Assembly (NCBI GenBank): GCA_035084275.1
Contig: CM068750.1
Coordinates: 9,796,001-9,860,000, forward strand
Source of the DNA: Hydrolagus colliei
Lineage: Eukaryota
Direction of reading: 5' to 3'
DNA length: 64,000 nucleotides
A program made the position numbers and the translations under genes. The notes under the pieces were generated by a model. It was given only the letters and a program-made list of their open reading frames with translations. It did no database searches and was not told where the DNA came from. Shown in pieces: positions 1-13,255 of the stretch (within the stretch, counting starts at the first letter, position 1; the number at the start of each line of letters is the position of its first letter).

Positions 1-175
1 ATGGATTGAGTTGAGTGAACAGTTTGCTGCCCAATGATGTGCAATCAAAATACAATTGTTGAAATCAAGTAGAAAATAGCTTAGAATCTAGAAATATTTC
101 ATTCTTCTGCAAATCAACTAGATATGTTTACATCAGGTACATATTGATAATTTATATAATGTTGTTAGCTAAATA

Positions 176-472
176 GGACTCCTGTAGCTCAGTAATTAGA
201 GCACTCACCTCGCAAGCGATAGACCTGGGTTCGATTCCCAGCAGAGTGAAACCGTGCGCAAATTCTCCTTACTTGACACACCTGATAATAATCCCTCAAG
301 TAAAAAATAAACCTTTTCAATCCATAACTGTTTGTGGGACACTGCTGTGCGCATTTGACTGCCGCATTTCACCCCAAATGTACAGTCAATTCACTTTACA
401 GTATATACTTTGAAGCACTTTGAGATGTCTAGGAGATGTGTAAAATGCTATATCAAATGCAAGGATTATTAT
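176..472 (+). mobile_element. tRNA(Ala)-derived SINE with Deu-type 3' part and (ATT)n tail, full length
   Basis: A-box-like TAGCTCAGTAATTAGAGC, B-box GGTTCGATTCC, core TTTGTGGGACACTGCTGTGCGCA, tail GCTATATCAAATGCAAGGATTATTAT. Many copies in the window. Confidence 0.9.
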
Positions 473-637
473 ATATAAATATTCTTGAGAGGAACAATAT
501 ATCAAAACCTTTTAAAATCTATTTGTTTGTTCTCCCAAATACTTTCCATTTTGTTTCCCCATTTAGGTTAAGATGCTAAAGTGAGTGCACTTATCGATAC
601 ACTGCACCTTAATTTGTTTAAGATGGTTTCAAAAATA

Positions 638-932
638 TAGAACAAGGGGACATGATCTTGAACTCTGAGGTGGACGGTTGAGTAGACAATTTGTAGTTAT
701 TTATTTTATCCTGAGCTGTGAATTTGTGGAATAAACTATCCAAGCAGGGTAGTGAAGGCAGCTTGTATCAGCATATCCAAGAGGGAATTGGATAGCTATT
801 TGGCGAAGAATATAATTGAGGTGAGATAGGGTGGTTAGGGTCCTTTAAGAATAGATATTTTAGTTTTACTTTGGGGAGACAGATGGATCACAATAGTCTT
901 TTCTGGTCCGGTACAGTTTCAATGTTCCTGTA
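638..932 (+). mobile_element. CR1-type LINE 3' end, degenerate
   Basis: Residual ORF2 C-terminus motifs (TRGH, VNLWN, V-V-x-A, KRELDSYL) followed by a CR1-like 3' UTR. Confidence 0.7.
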
Positions 933-2609
933 CATCCTCTTCCAAGTAGGAGAAGCACTTGGGTTAAAGGTTCTCCATTCCCAGCTCGAGTGTTACTGCA
1001 GTCAGCTAGCAAGAAGTGTGATTTAATGGCATCAGGAGTTCGATGGTATTCCCTTTCTTTCCTCCTCTGTCAAACAAAAATACAACACTCTTCTTTGTGT
1101 TCTTTTCCATTTAGTCGTCTGACAGATAACTGACCAAATAGCCGACTGAATGAAAGCAGGTCTGAACGACATGCTGCCCTGTGGCTTGAACTCTTAACTT
1201 TCTGTTTGGTAGCCAAGCATTCAACTGCTTGAAAAACTGGCCACCCTATGTCAACTGATCTGTTCACACAAGTCAGCCACTCCACGAGTTGAAGAAATAT
1301 ACTATATGAATTGGTAAACAAACAGCGAGGGATATACTCAGCTATTCGTCAAAATCACAAATGGCCTCATACTCATATCCTTCATTGTACTGAATGTTTC
1401 AAAACACCAAACTTTGATGTTGTGTTTTGTACGAAACTGTGCTGCAATTAATCACTTTAGTTAACAAACAAAATGTAAGCCTGTGATATTCACGATGCAG
1501 AATCGTCATCGATGTTATGGTTTGAAACATTATAATAAATATTTCACTAAATTAAAATCAATAAATAATCATATGCACATGACAAGTGGAAGTTTATAGA
1601 TGAGATGTTGCTCACTTGCCTTGAGTGATGATCTGAAATCTAAATAAAGCAATGCAAACTTTCTAAATAAGACTTGGCTTTCAGTTTTGATTACAATATG
1701 TGACAAATGCAGCACTCGAATATTTATTTTAAATAACAAGGAACTGACAGCTCTTGTTGGGAAAGTGTTTCTCAAAATACAGAAAGTTGTAGGTGGATAT
1801 TTGTTTAATCAATATCATAGTTGGCACTCGCTTACACCTACGGAGGCCGATTCCACTCCCAGCTATTGAATTGCATTTTCCTAAATCGCACTTTTAATCT
1901 CATCTCTCAAGAATGTCATGCTGCTCGTGAGTACTATTCTTGTACGAGCCTGGAGAGGCTAAGGGACACAAGCAAGAATGCTGAAAAACTGGGTCAGGCC
2001 TCGCTCCTCTTGATCAAGGTCAACAGTCAGTCAACAACTGACATTAACCTTCATAAAATTAGATATGGAGCAAATGAGCAATGAGCTCGATCCACATTTA
2101 TAAATAGATTTTGTCCACTGATCACAACAGAAATGGTCAGTATCCAGGAAAGACAGGTTTAGTCATGTGACAGCTTCTGGTTTGCTTGCTCTTCCCTGGC
2201 TGATCTAACCTTTCCTATAATATGAGCAGAGATGCAAATAATATTTCTGGAAACGCAATTTTATATTTCCTTGCCCAAAACAATATCGGACATGGTTTTC
2301 ACAAAATGTGTGAAATTTCTTATTTGATGTCATTTTGAGGATCAAAACAACACACGTTTATGATTATTCAGTATTACTTACTCTTGGTTCAGATAATATC
2401 AGATTACATCAGCATGCATGGATGTCGTTGCTATCTTTAATGTTTTGTTACATATTTGAGTCCATTGTGGTGCAAACATAGGTTAACATATAAACGAAAA
2501 ATTTATACACTTAGCATAGTGAAAACATCATAAGGGCAGTTGTTATGGCCCACTTTGTTTCAACCATATGAACTCGAAGCATAAGAAAGGGAATAAGAAA
2601 ATATAATTT

Positions 2610-3048
2610 GCCCATTTTATCATTGCCTTTGTTACTGTACCTTATCACATTAAAAGTATTTCATGCCAAAAGTTACTTTGAAGTACGATAACGATTAGGT
2701 CGATAAACATGCAGGTAATCTACACAAACAATCCTCCACAAAGAACAAGATGAATATCTAGGTGTAATTGTTTTGTGTGAATTTAGTGGATGGAGGATAT
2801 GTATTGGCCCAGACATTGGTAGAGCTTCTTGCTTATCTTCAAAATAGTGCCATGGGATTTTAATGTCCCCAGGAGCTACCCAATTGGTTTTATTGCTTCA
2901 TTTGAAGGATGCTACCTCCAGCAATGCAGCACTGCTTCAATACCACACTGGAGTGTCAACCTGGATTATGTGCTCAAATCCTGGTGCAACCTCACAACCT
3001 TCTGACCCAGAGGCGAGAATGCTATCAACTGAGCCAAACTGACACTCC
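2610..3048 (-). mobile_element. Old SacSINE1/AmnSINE1-like DeuSINE
   Basis: Deu-core-like GTGCCATGGGATTTTAATGTCC...TGCAGCACT...CACTGGAGTGTCAACCTGGATT and a tRNA-like head (reverse complement of CTTCTGACCCAGAGGCGAGAATGCTATCAACTGAGCC). Confidence 0.75.
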
Positions 3049-4246
3049 TAACAGACTATGGATAACTCGAACTGTCATGCATTTCCACAGTGTAGTTTAT
3101 TTGGTGAATAATCACAGGTAAAAGTTCCAAGAAGCTAAAACTCAGATTTTTTTTGTTCTCTGTAGCCATGAAGGTAATTGAGCGAAGCCTCCAGGATACC
3201 AAATCAACATTGCAATCCTGCCTGGCTACATTCCATACATGATTCTCCTATGGTCCAACTAGAAATCAGAACTAGTCTCGGGAAAGTATTTGTTCACCTA
3301 AGTCTATACTTCGCTTTAGAACCTTTAATTTCATCCAAACATTGGTCAGCTCAATTTTAAATAAATTAATGGAACATTGACATCTTGTGATGGGAATCTC
3401 TTGCATGTTTGTGTTATTCCTGTCTTTCTTACCAACTTCTGATTTATATAGTAATAGATTTAAATTTAAATGTAAACAACCTTTTATTTGGCCAAGAACC
3501 ATGACTTTTGTAATTTTAATGGCCTGGATGGTGATCCCTTTCCACAACCCATGAATGGTATGTTTACACATGTATCAGAATAGGGCTTTACCAATTAATT
3601 AATTAATGAAAGATTTCTATAACTAATTTTACTTTATGATGGTTTAGAAGCACACTCACACTCCACTTCAAATTTGTCCTGAATCAGATGGGAATGGAAT
3701 TCCACACGTGTAAAGATAACAAGTCCGTATTTTTATTCCTCTCATGGATCAGAGATAGATGGTTAAAAAAACAATTGTGCTACTATTTAAGCAGAACCAA
3801 GTGCCATAAGTTTTATGTTTGTTTCCTATGTGAATAGAGCTTTGGATACATTAGATGTCAAGGAACCAGCAGCGCACATTCTATAACTTACCACTCAAGA
3901 GGATGAGATTTTAGATATTTGACAACTAGGCTAGTTATTACTATATCAGCCTTAATTATTAGATTACTGTACTAGAAATGACATTATGTGGCTAGAATTT
4001 ACAATTTCCATTGTTTCATTTTGATTGCTAATAAGGAACTGTGACAATGGCCGAGCAATAATTTACTTCACTGCAGATTGGAATTGGAAGGAATCTCCTT
4101 TCTCTTAGTGAGTTGGTACCTATGATAAGTGAAAGAGAAGAATAAATGTTGGTTACACTGACTTAAATTCATCATTCCTCAGTCATTTCCAATGGGAGTG
4201 GTTTAGGGAGCTGCATTGTGTTTATTTGTGTGTGTGTATGCAAGTA

Positions 4247-4561
4247 TAATAATAATAATCCGTGCATTTGATATAGCGCTTTTCACATCTTATCGACGTC
4301 CCAAAGCGCTTCACAGAATATACTGCAAAGTGAATTGACTGTATATTTGTGGGCGAGATGCGGCAGCCAATTGCGCAGTGTCCCACAAATAGTCGTGGGT
4401 TGAAATGACCAATTTTATTATAGTGTTTTGTTTGGATGGATTAGTATTAGGCATGTGGAGTAAGGAAACTTGCCCAAGGTTTCGCCCTGGTCTGCCTGGA
4501 TTCGAACACAGGTCTCACACTTGTAAGGCGAGTGCTCTAACCACTGAGCTACTAAAGCTCC
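4247..4561 (-). mobile_element. tRNA-derived Deu-type SINE, full length
   Basis: Reverse-complement copy of the 176-472 family, with (AAT)n tail and A/B boxes. Confidence 0.9.
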
Positions 4562-5329
4562 ACAAAGATAAAGCAAAATTAAGAGCTCGTAAGGGTTACC
4601 AGAAAGAGGTAATCATAGTAGGATTCATTGAAGACAAGGCTCTGTTCTGCAAAGGAGTTAGCAATCTATAAGTATGTGTCTTCCTATCCACTAACAAAAT
4701 ATTTTATACAGTCCTGCAACAAAGGCGGTTGTTCTTGTGTAGAAAGGATGACTCATTAGTTAAAAGCTCCCTCACATGCGTGACTGGATAAAATTCAGAT
4801 TTTACACTTCAACAAACAATGATTTAATGCGTCTGTTAAAGTTTAAGTAGTATCGGCTTGACCCAATATTCCATTACATTTTTATAGGCTTTAAGGAGAT
4901 GATCATGTGAAATAATTTAATGAGTAATTTTCCTAACTAGGTGTGAGCACATTTCCAATACACTAACAAATGTTGCGTGTTTTTGGATTCCTCGGTCATG
5001 TCCAAATATCAAAGAGTTTATACATTTTTCAAATGTTTCTGTAGGAAACTCAAGAAATGTGTGTTTTCCCACAATAATTTCTGCCCATTGAACTCTCTGC
5101 ATCAGTGAAACCAATGAGGAAAGTAAGGATGCTGAGCAAGCAGCCCAAGTGCTGAACAATGGGAATTAGTCTAAGGAATTGCAATTTTGTACAATAGATT
5201 ACCATTTAAAAACCGTAGTGTAAATCTTACAACTCCCTGCCCTCATAGAGGACACATAGACTCCTAAGGCTGCTCAGTGATATACTTGTAGCTTCCCATA
5301 ACACAGATGATTTGACGTTACTTTTTTGA

Positions 5330-5447
5330 CCATGAACAGCTGTGTGCAATTGGCTGCCATGTTTTGCCCACAAAATACACTTTCCAATATATTCTGTGCA
5401 ACATTTTGCAACATGATGAGGTGCTTTATCAAATGCGAGGATTATTT
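5330..5447 (+). mobile_element. SINE 3' fragment
   Basis: GCTGTGTGCAATTGGCTGCC...TATCAAATGCGAGGATTATT. Confidence 0.75.
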
Positions 5448-6239
5448 TTATAATGAAAGTGATTCCCCAACTGAGAGGGTGATGAGCTAACTTGCTCCCA
5501 GACATCTGACAACGCCATTGTATCACTCAGTTAGATAGAAAACAGTGAGGGAACAGTTAATGTTTACACATTCTCCAATTTCCTTCCTCCTTGTAGATTC
5601 CTTGTCTCCTTCCTGGATTACAAACTAACATTGTTTCTCAGTAGGCGACACACAGAAGTAGTGAGACGCCACAATATAATTCAACCTGTGCATTGAAAAC
5701 CTGAAAGCCATTCACCTACCTTCTTGTGATTTACATTTTACGAATAATGTTCTTGGTTTCAATTGCTCCTCCTATTTACCCCCTTTTGGTGTACTTCTCT
5801 CCAGAGGCTGGTGGCTCATGCAGGGGATGGTGACATGGGAAAAAGTGGCAAGCCAGACTTTCAGCCCACGTGGAAGTCTGGCCGGTGAGTATCATAGGCC
5901 ACTATTCTGCAGAAGGCACAGTATCATAGCAAGATGTTTCTTTGTTCTTTAGATCCCCAAGGTAGATGAAGTGTACCTGGTCAAGGTGATCTTCCTCTAA
6001 AACCAGGTAAAGGGTATATGACTTTATGTAATTTTAAAGTATCCTGCAATTAAACAATGTGCACCCCCCCCACCCACCCTCACCCCATTTCCCTAATATT
6101 CATCGTTCCTCAAAGCGTTCTTTTCAAACTGTAAATATGCCTCCTATTTAGCATTTCTCCTTAGATCCCTCAATCTGTCCTTCCTCCTGCAATCTGCAAG
6201 GTTTTACAACTTTAAATATTTAAGAAAGCAACAATACTA

Positions 6240-6450
6240 ATGGTGTAGTTTCCCAGCACATGCTCAATCATAGCAAGGGTGCTGGACAGCAATTAGAAGT
6301 GTGAATTGTGATCCATTTTATTCCTCCCTACCTTGGAGTTGTTGAGGCAATCTGGAACCCTCCCACCCTGGTGAAGGTGACTACTTAAGCACAGGTCAAT
6401 TTAACCTGGTCTATATCACAGTATTTATTGAATTGCCCACGGAGTAAGGG
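6240..6450 (-). mobile_element. Degenerate MER131-like ancient SINE fragment
   Basis: Resembles the copies at 11640-12005 and 23060-23430. Confidence 0.45.
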
Positions 6451-8139
6451 GAAGGTGCCTCGAATCATTTTTTTTAAAAAAGATCAAGATATCCTTTGCT
6501 GTGCTCAGTAAAGTATGATAAAGGAGCTCAGTAGAGCTATTCTATTATCTAAACAACTCCAGAAAAGGTAGAAATATGTATCTTAAATATGTTGTTTAGT
6601 AACAACTCATAACCTTTGAGTTGAACAAGGATATAATGCCTCGCACTCCAATTAAAATGCAGAGTCCTTAACTGGTCATAAAGGGTTAAATCTTTGCCAC
6701 GAGTTCAGAGTTGGATTTGAACCAACGTCTACAGAGATCAAAGACAGTGCATTAAGTTACTACATCTTCTTGTTCCCCACTATATAGTTTTACAACAAGT
6801 GTATGCAGTTATTCTTAGCATAACCATCTTCAGTTAATTACTGTGTGGGAGAAGTCAGTTTATGTGGGGGAAATAAGTGCTGCTGATTATAAAAGAAATA
6901 ACAACCAGATTAAAACAGCACAATTGAAAGCAACTCTCTTAAATAGGTTTTTGAAAGGATTGTTCATTAGGCTGCGGCATTTCAATGTTGGTCCCCTCGA
7001 CTGCTTCTGAGCTGAACTTTTAGAAGTGAAGTCAAATCAACTTACCTGGGAAATGTAAAAACAGAATTCTCTGGTTCACACAAAACAAACTTATTTGGGC
7101 CATGAATGCACAATGGTAAGGCTGTGTTATGGTTTAGTGCTGAGCACAATTAAAGCTCCTATTTTGCTACTGTTTATTCCATTAGCACCATCAAACATCC
7201 TCTTTAAAGAAGCTGTATTCTATAGCTGCAAATTAGATACTTGAAAGAAACTGCAGCTCTTTTACAACTCTGCATAAATCTTGTTTTAAGCAGTTAGATT
7301 GATGTCTGGGTGTATATTATTTTAATTAACACCATAACAATCTTTGAGCTTTATTATGATATCACTTCTGTATAAATGTTGACTTGAGTCTAACCCCAAT
7401 AAAGGTAAAGAACACATTGTTACATTATTGAGGATATACAAGACTTCATTCTATTTATAAAATAACTTTACAGTTCTGCAAAAAGTGCACACAACTGTCT
7501 CACAGGTATGTGATGCTAAACCCTAACACAACAAAGCACCAGAAAAACATTCAGTGGAGTTTATGACCAGCTGCCAAGTAAAACGGGTTTCATTTATGGA
7601 CGGTAGAATGTATGTATCAAAATGCGACGTAAAAAAGTAATTTTAAAGTTCATGACTGTGTTTAGGATGGTGATGCAGTGGGAGAACACAAAGTTTCAAA
7701 TACCTACTTTCTGTTGAGTTACTAAATCTGTCAAAGTGCTGTGAGCTGAGCACCAGACAGGTGGTACCTGTCCCTGTCACAGGGAAAAGGGAATATCAGA
7801 GAGACTGTCACCTGTAGGATCTGTGGCTCTCCATGGCTGTTTTAAGTACTGCATTAACATAAGCCCAGAAGCTTTCTAACATCTCTTTGCAAGTGCTTGA
7901 CAAGAGACGAGAATCAACAACAACAACAACAACACAATTACATTTATAGAGCGCCATTCACGTCGGGAGGAAGGAAAGACACAGGAGAATCAGAAGGGAA
8001 CACACAGGAGAAAATAATGCAGCAACACAACCTCAAAATAAAATCACACGTAATGTAAACCAATGACCGCTTTGAATGAAACGCTTGTCTGTCTATTCAA
8101 CTGCCAAATCAAACAAAGGCAACTAGTAAAAAGTACAAT

Positions 8140-8145
8140 TTTATT
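8140..8145 (-). terminator. Candidate CDIN1 polyadenylation signal (AATAAA), giving a 3' UTR of about 0.9 kb
   Basis: First AATAAA I found on the minus strand after the stop codon, followed by U/GU-rich ttgcctttgtttgatttgg. Further AATAAA hexamers occur downstream (e.g. 7350-7355). Confidence 0.5.
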
Positions 8146-8444
8146 AAGATTTGAAAATCCTAAAATTTGGATGAACCAGAAAAATATTTCAGAACTTTTA
8201 AAAACATACAGAGCAGTACATCTGAATCATGACCACACAATGAGTATTTTGTGGTTCCCAATAAACAGCGTCTAAAATTCATGCTGCATCCAACTATGCT
8301 CCTAATGCAACAACATTCAGGGCTCAATGTTTATGGAGAACCAATTTGAGGGGATGAATGGTTGGGGGAAACTGGAGAGGATTGATGTGAGGGGGAAATT
8401 CTGGAAATAAATACTGGAAATATGTAAAATTGGTACAAAATAGT

Positions 8445-8527
8445 CACTTTACAGTAAATCCTGCAAAGCGCTTTATAATGTCCTTCCATTGTGAAAAGTG
8501 CTACATCAAATACAGGGAGATATTATT
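8445..8527 (+). mobile_element. SINE tail fragment, antisense within the putative CDIN1 3' UTR
   Basis: CACTTTACAGTA...AAAGCGCTTT...GTGAAAAGTGCTACATCAAATACAGG. Confidence 0.65.
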
Positions 8528-8955
8528 AAATGTAGATTTGCTGGTGCTATGACTGAGGGGAAACACTCCAATTGTAGTATACTATAATATGAAAGCTCCC
8601 CTTATACAAGCAAAATTGATCAATCCACTTTTTAACCACATAATCAATGCTTTGAAATATGAGTTAAAGCATCCTATAGTTAAGCAAACTAACTTCATAA
8701 AGGTAGTAACCAACGCTAATAAGAAAAGTGAACTTTCCCGTGGCAGCATTTTGTCTTTCTCTAGACAGGGAGAAAAGAATTCGGAAGGAAGGAAGATTAT
8801 GGCCATCTATAAACTCTTGACACAGACATAGATGCTGATAATGACTGGGACGTGTCTGTAGTTTTTGGCTGCTCACACAAGTGTGGTGCTGAAGTAAAGC
8901 AGAAACATTCAATGTGTTTTTCTAAAGAGGCTTTATGGTGACCCAGGGCAGCAAG

Positions 8956-8972
8956 AGTTCAACTAAAGTTCA
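8956..8972 (+). promoter_or_regulatory. Consensus DR5 retinoic acid response element AGTTCA-actaa-AGTTCA
   Basis: Exact RGKTCA-N5-RGKTCA match. Function not shown. Confidence 0.45.
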
Positions 8973-9025
8973 GGACAGATGTTGCTAGCTGTTTGCACTG
9001 CAGGAAGGCGAAATTACTTCCGGAT

Positions 9026-9179
9026 TCACCTCTTCTTTCCACTGTCAGTGCTGGCCGTCGTACGATGGAAGGTTACAATGTCTTCAGGGAAGCAATCTTT
9101 TAGTAAGATGCCACGATCACGGAGACAGTCCAATTCCTCAATAAAACCACACCAGTAGATCACTAATCCTGGTCCAAAT
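9026..9179 (-). CDS. CDIN1: CDIN1 last coding exon: (R)[50 protein letters not shown]
   Basis: ttttgattttgttttcag|ATTTGGACCAGGA...AAGAGGTGA. The phase-2 junction completes the R codon from exon 55867-55972. Matches recalled human [37 protein letters not shown]. Confidence 0.96.
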
Positions 9180-9717
9180 CTGAAAACAAAATCAAAATTA
9201 CATTAATTTTATTTTAAAAAATGCATCTGAACTGCACCATTACATTCTGCCAATCTCAATGAATTGTTGCACCTGAAACAAACAAGAGCTCTCTCTTAAG
9301 TGTATTTTTCCTCAATTGAATGTTTTATTCTATCTTTCTGAAAAGGTTTTTGACTTGAAATAATTTTGTTTTACTTTTCTTTCCATACAGAACGAATGTT
9401 GCATAAAACAATTATGGGGGCAAATTCTCCTTTCCTGAGGTACCACCTCCCTGTAATGTACACCTCCACAGAGAGGAGGCTAGGTCTTATACAGTCAACA
9501 TATGAACCCAATAGAGCATTGGAATCAGCTCAATGCTGTTTTCACCCATAGCCATATGGCAAGTCACTAATAGCATTGCAGAGCGGGAGCTCTTTCGTCA
9601 AATAGCAGGATCGTTAGGTGTATACCTTACTCTTCCAATGGATGCCAGCTACCAAACAAATCCCAGCCAGATAATGATATTCTAGTAAGTAACTCAACAT
9701 GCCACAGTGGATCAGAT

Positions 9718-9838
9718 GTGGGGCTGTCGCATTTCGCCCACAAATATACAGTCAATTCACTTTACGGCATATTCTGTGAAGCACTTTGAGACTCATAGAA
9801 AATGTGAAAAGCACTATATCAAATAGAAGGATTATTAT
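9718..9838 (+). mobile_element. SINE 3' fragment
   Basis: GCATTTCGCCCACAAATATACAGTCAATTCAC...AAGGATTATTAT. Confidence 0.85.
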
Positions 9839-11454
9839 GTAGCATTCAGGTTAGTTCCTGTGCCATGTTGCAAATGGATCACATTTAAATTGAACAAGAC
9901 AGTCCATCTCCTCTATTTGATGAAGATGAGAATTGAAGAATATTAGGAATGCCAAATTGCTTTTTAAGGCCAAGTATATGACAGACATGGACACTCCCAG
10001 AGTACTGGATATAATTACAAACAAGTCACACTAGAGCAGGATTGCAGCTAGACTTGGACTCGTTGCCATTGTCCATGTTAAGCCAATGTTATAAACAATG
10101 GGGAAAAAACATAAAGGCTGAAGGTTGTGTATTTACAATGCATACATTCAGGTAGTTTGTGAGGCCAGTCACTAATAGTCCAGGGAATACTTTACCCCAT
10201 TATCTGAACGAGTTTCTAAAACCAATAATGTAAAACCAATAAAGCTTCGGCCTGTCAAGGTCTAAAAAAATAGCATTCGTCTTTTGGGACCGTAGGCTTT
10301 TGAGTTAAAGATATTCTAAATTACCTCACTCACGCAACTGAATGTTTTCAAATTAGGACAGCATGAAAGCACTTTAGTTTAACATATGACATTTTTTTTC
10401 AATGCTAGAGTTGCTGTCAGTTTTAATAATATAAAACGTAAGCAACAATCTCGCTGCTCAAATGCACAAACTGTTCGAAAACATTGTTCTACATCCAGGA
10501 ACTGTGTTTCAGCCTTTACATACATTTGTTGAACCCTCCCAAGCAATCTCAGGAAGTAGGCCTTTAGAATATTTGACCCATCAGGAAGTTTGGATCTTTA
10601 GCCAGAGTTCATAAAGATGTAATCACTATCAATCAAAATGTGTCAGCACTTATATATCAGGCTTCCAATTTCCCAACTGTGACCAAACAAGAAGTTTGGT
10701 TTCCAGGGTTATTTTTAAGAATTTGCAATTAAAAGCTGGCAAATTATCAGAACACGAGTGAGAGGAAGCAGAGATGGCCTGCCACTGTTCTGGTGGCAAT
10801 AGATTCCAGCATCCAACAATCCTCCAGTGTCATGATTTATTAAATAATAAAAGTCACACAAATAGTCAAACAAAGATGATCAAATACACATGTAACATTG
10901 TAAAGCTGCTGGGAAACCACACTTTCAAACAACTCATTCTTCCTAAAGAACCTTAATAAGATTACACCTTTGATGAACCTTAGGTTGATTAAATGTAAGA
11001 GAATAATTGTTGAGGTTTTAACTGGGCCTACATTTAGCTCTACATCTACTATACTACTCTTGTGTGTTTAAGTGTGTGTGTCATACACACATTTATTTAG
11101 AAGTAAATAAGTATCTGACAGTGACCTATACACAACTATATTTCTAAGAAACAATGATTAGTTTGTTAGTTTTTCTTATTGATGTATTTGGTGTATAAGC
11201 AGGTGACATGGCACACAATGGGACTTAAGGTAGACAATATTACATGAAGGAGAACATAATTTTTTTAAAAAGTGGGTTAAATGATTCAGTATATCAATCT
11301 GTATATAGCCCTATCTCTTACTATATTGTATATACACATGCACATACCTGTTAATATTTTAAGAACGAAAGCTGCCTGATTTTCAGGAATCTGATTCACA
11401 GCCTTGTCCTTTAAGTTGAAGGGGAAAATACCTTGTCGAAATCAAATTGTATAA

Positions 11455-11608
11455 TGAACATTGGAGCAGAAGTAAGTCATTCAGAAGGGTGGAACAAGCT
11501 CTTGAGCCTGTTCCACTCTTCTATTAGATCATGGATGATCTGCACCATAACTCCATTTACATGCTTTTCTCCATATCCCTTATAATCTTACCTAATAAAT
11601 ATCTATGG
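11455..11608 (-). mobile_element. CR1-type 3' UTR fragment
   Basis: Reverse complement resembles 44070-44153 (GATCAGCCATGATCT...GCAGGCTCGAGG). Confidence 0.65.
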
Positions 11609-11639
11609 AAAATTGAAAGCAGATGCACAAAGCAACTGC

Positions 11640-12005
11640 TCAAAGCAATCTCCCCTGTCCCAAATATTTCTTCTTCAAATTTTTTCCCCTCCTGCTTCAT
11701 CTCCTAAAATTGTTCAACTCCTTCTGCTTCCTCAGGGTTACATCTCCAAGGGCACTCTCCAGCACCTCATCTAAGTGAACATTATTCATGTCTGAGTCTT
11801 GACAGTGAGTGTCAGCAGACTATTCAATTGTGGAGCCATCACAGCCTGAAACTGTCCTCACTGGACTGCCACACATGAGCTTCCTGAAGTAAATATATCT
11901 GGATAATGGGAAACCTGGCTGAATTTTCTCCCTCTCGCACTGGAGTAGTGAGGTCAATTGTAGCAACCTGACTTCTGTCCCGGCTCTGCTAAGACAGACC
12001 AGGAT
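11640..12005 (-). mobile_element. MER131-like ancient SINE, interrupted by a younger SINE
   Basis: GACAGTGAGTGTCAGCAGACTATTCAA, CCTGGCTGAATTTTCTCCC and GAGGTCAATTGTAGC segments shared with other copies in the window. Confidence 0.6.
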
Positions 12006-12010
12006 TTAAT

Positions 12011-12333
12011 ATAATAATAATCGTTGCATTTGATATAGTGCCTGATCACATCTTTGAGATATCTCAAAGCCCTTCCCAGAATATGCTGTAAATATTTTGT
12101 GGGCGAAATGTGGCAGCCAAATGCACACAGCAGTGTCCTAAAAAGAGTCATGGATTGAGTGACCAAATTATTTTTATTTATTTTGAAGAAATTATTATTA
12201 CCCGCTGCAGACACTAGCTGTGAGGCATGTCTGTGGAATAAGTAAACTTGCCCAATGTTTCTTCCTGCTAGGAATCGAACCCAGGTCTCTTGCTTGCAAG
12301 GCAAATGCTCTAACCACTGAGCTACACAACTCC
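12011..12333 (-). mobile_element. tRNA-derived Deu-type SINE, full length
   Basis: GGAATCGAACCCAGGTCTCTTGCTTGCAAGGC...CTCTAACCACTGAGCTAC head and (AAT)n tail. Confidence 0.9.
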
Positions 12334-12677
12334 TAAATCTGAAATCTCCCAGTCTTTATGCCCTGTGTGTTCTTATACACTGTACTATAGGGTAAACTGA
12401 GGAGGAAGTTGCAAAGCACTTTATAAAAAGTGAATGGATGCTGGAGCTCAGGGGGGCTAGGAAGGCGGCGACTGAGCTGAAAGGTAGGCTTCAGGAAGGA
12501 AGGAATTTCAGGGACATTCATTTAAATAATTAGTTCCTTTAATGCAGTATATAAATATAATTCCACTTTATTCACGTGACAAGTGATTTTCCTGTCTTAT
12601 CCAAATGCAAGAAACTGTCAGCGCTGAGATTGGAAATGAATTGAGGAGCTGTGCCTGAGTGGTGAAGGGTCACTTCG

Positions 12678-12765
12678 TACACACACACACTCACACAAGC
12701 GCAGATACACGTACCCACACGTGTGTGTGCATGCACACACACGCACACACACAGATACACACACA
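12678..12765. repeat. Imperfect (CA)n/(TG)n microsatellite
   Basis: Seen directly in the sequence. Confidence 0.9.
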
Positions 12766-13255
12766 GTTTCTCTGGTTATTCAGTTGCCTTGTTTACACCT
12801 CTAATAGCTATGTCCAGGAAAGGCAAAATCAACTGACCTGTAATTAAGATGCAATTGTGTAATATTTCTAAATAAATTATTTTCGGGAAGCCTCACCATA
12901 ACAACAAGTGCTCACAAAGTCACACAAATCCAGTCCCACAGGCTTAATAGCATAGAGTAGCTCGGGGAAAATAAGGATTTCAGATCCATAAAAACAAAGG
13001 AAATGCAGTTGAAAAGGAACAAGGCAAAAATAAGTCATCTTGTCAGATGGAGTGAGTTCAGAAGTAAGCCTTCAAAGAATATTAAGGACCCCCAGCTACA
13101 AAGATGGTGTGAGGTTGGGAACTCAGAAAGATTAAAGGTGAGGACAGATTGATTAGCAGATGATTTTTTTTTGCAATTGCAACTGTCTGACCATAAACTG
13201 TACTGTTTATTTGTGAAAGATTTGTCAAAATCCTTGAAATCATGGAAGGAAGTAA

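Noticed and set aside
176-250. tRNA-Ala-like sequence (also near 4490-4561, 12260-12333 and 53950-54020)
   Set aside because: These are SINE heads: imperfect cloverleaf, followed directly by the SINE body and tail.
1-8100. MEIS2 3' exons
   Set aside because: I found no MEIS-like coding sequence; the gene is presumably outside the window.
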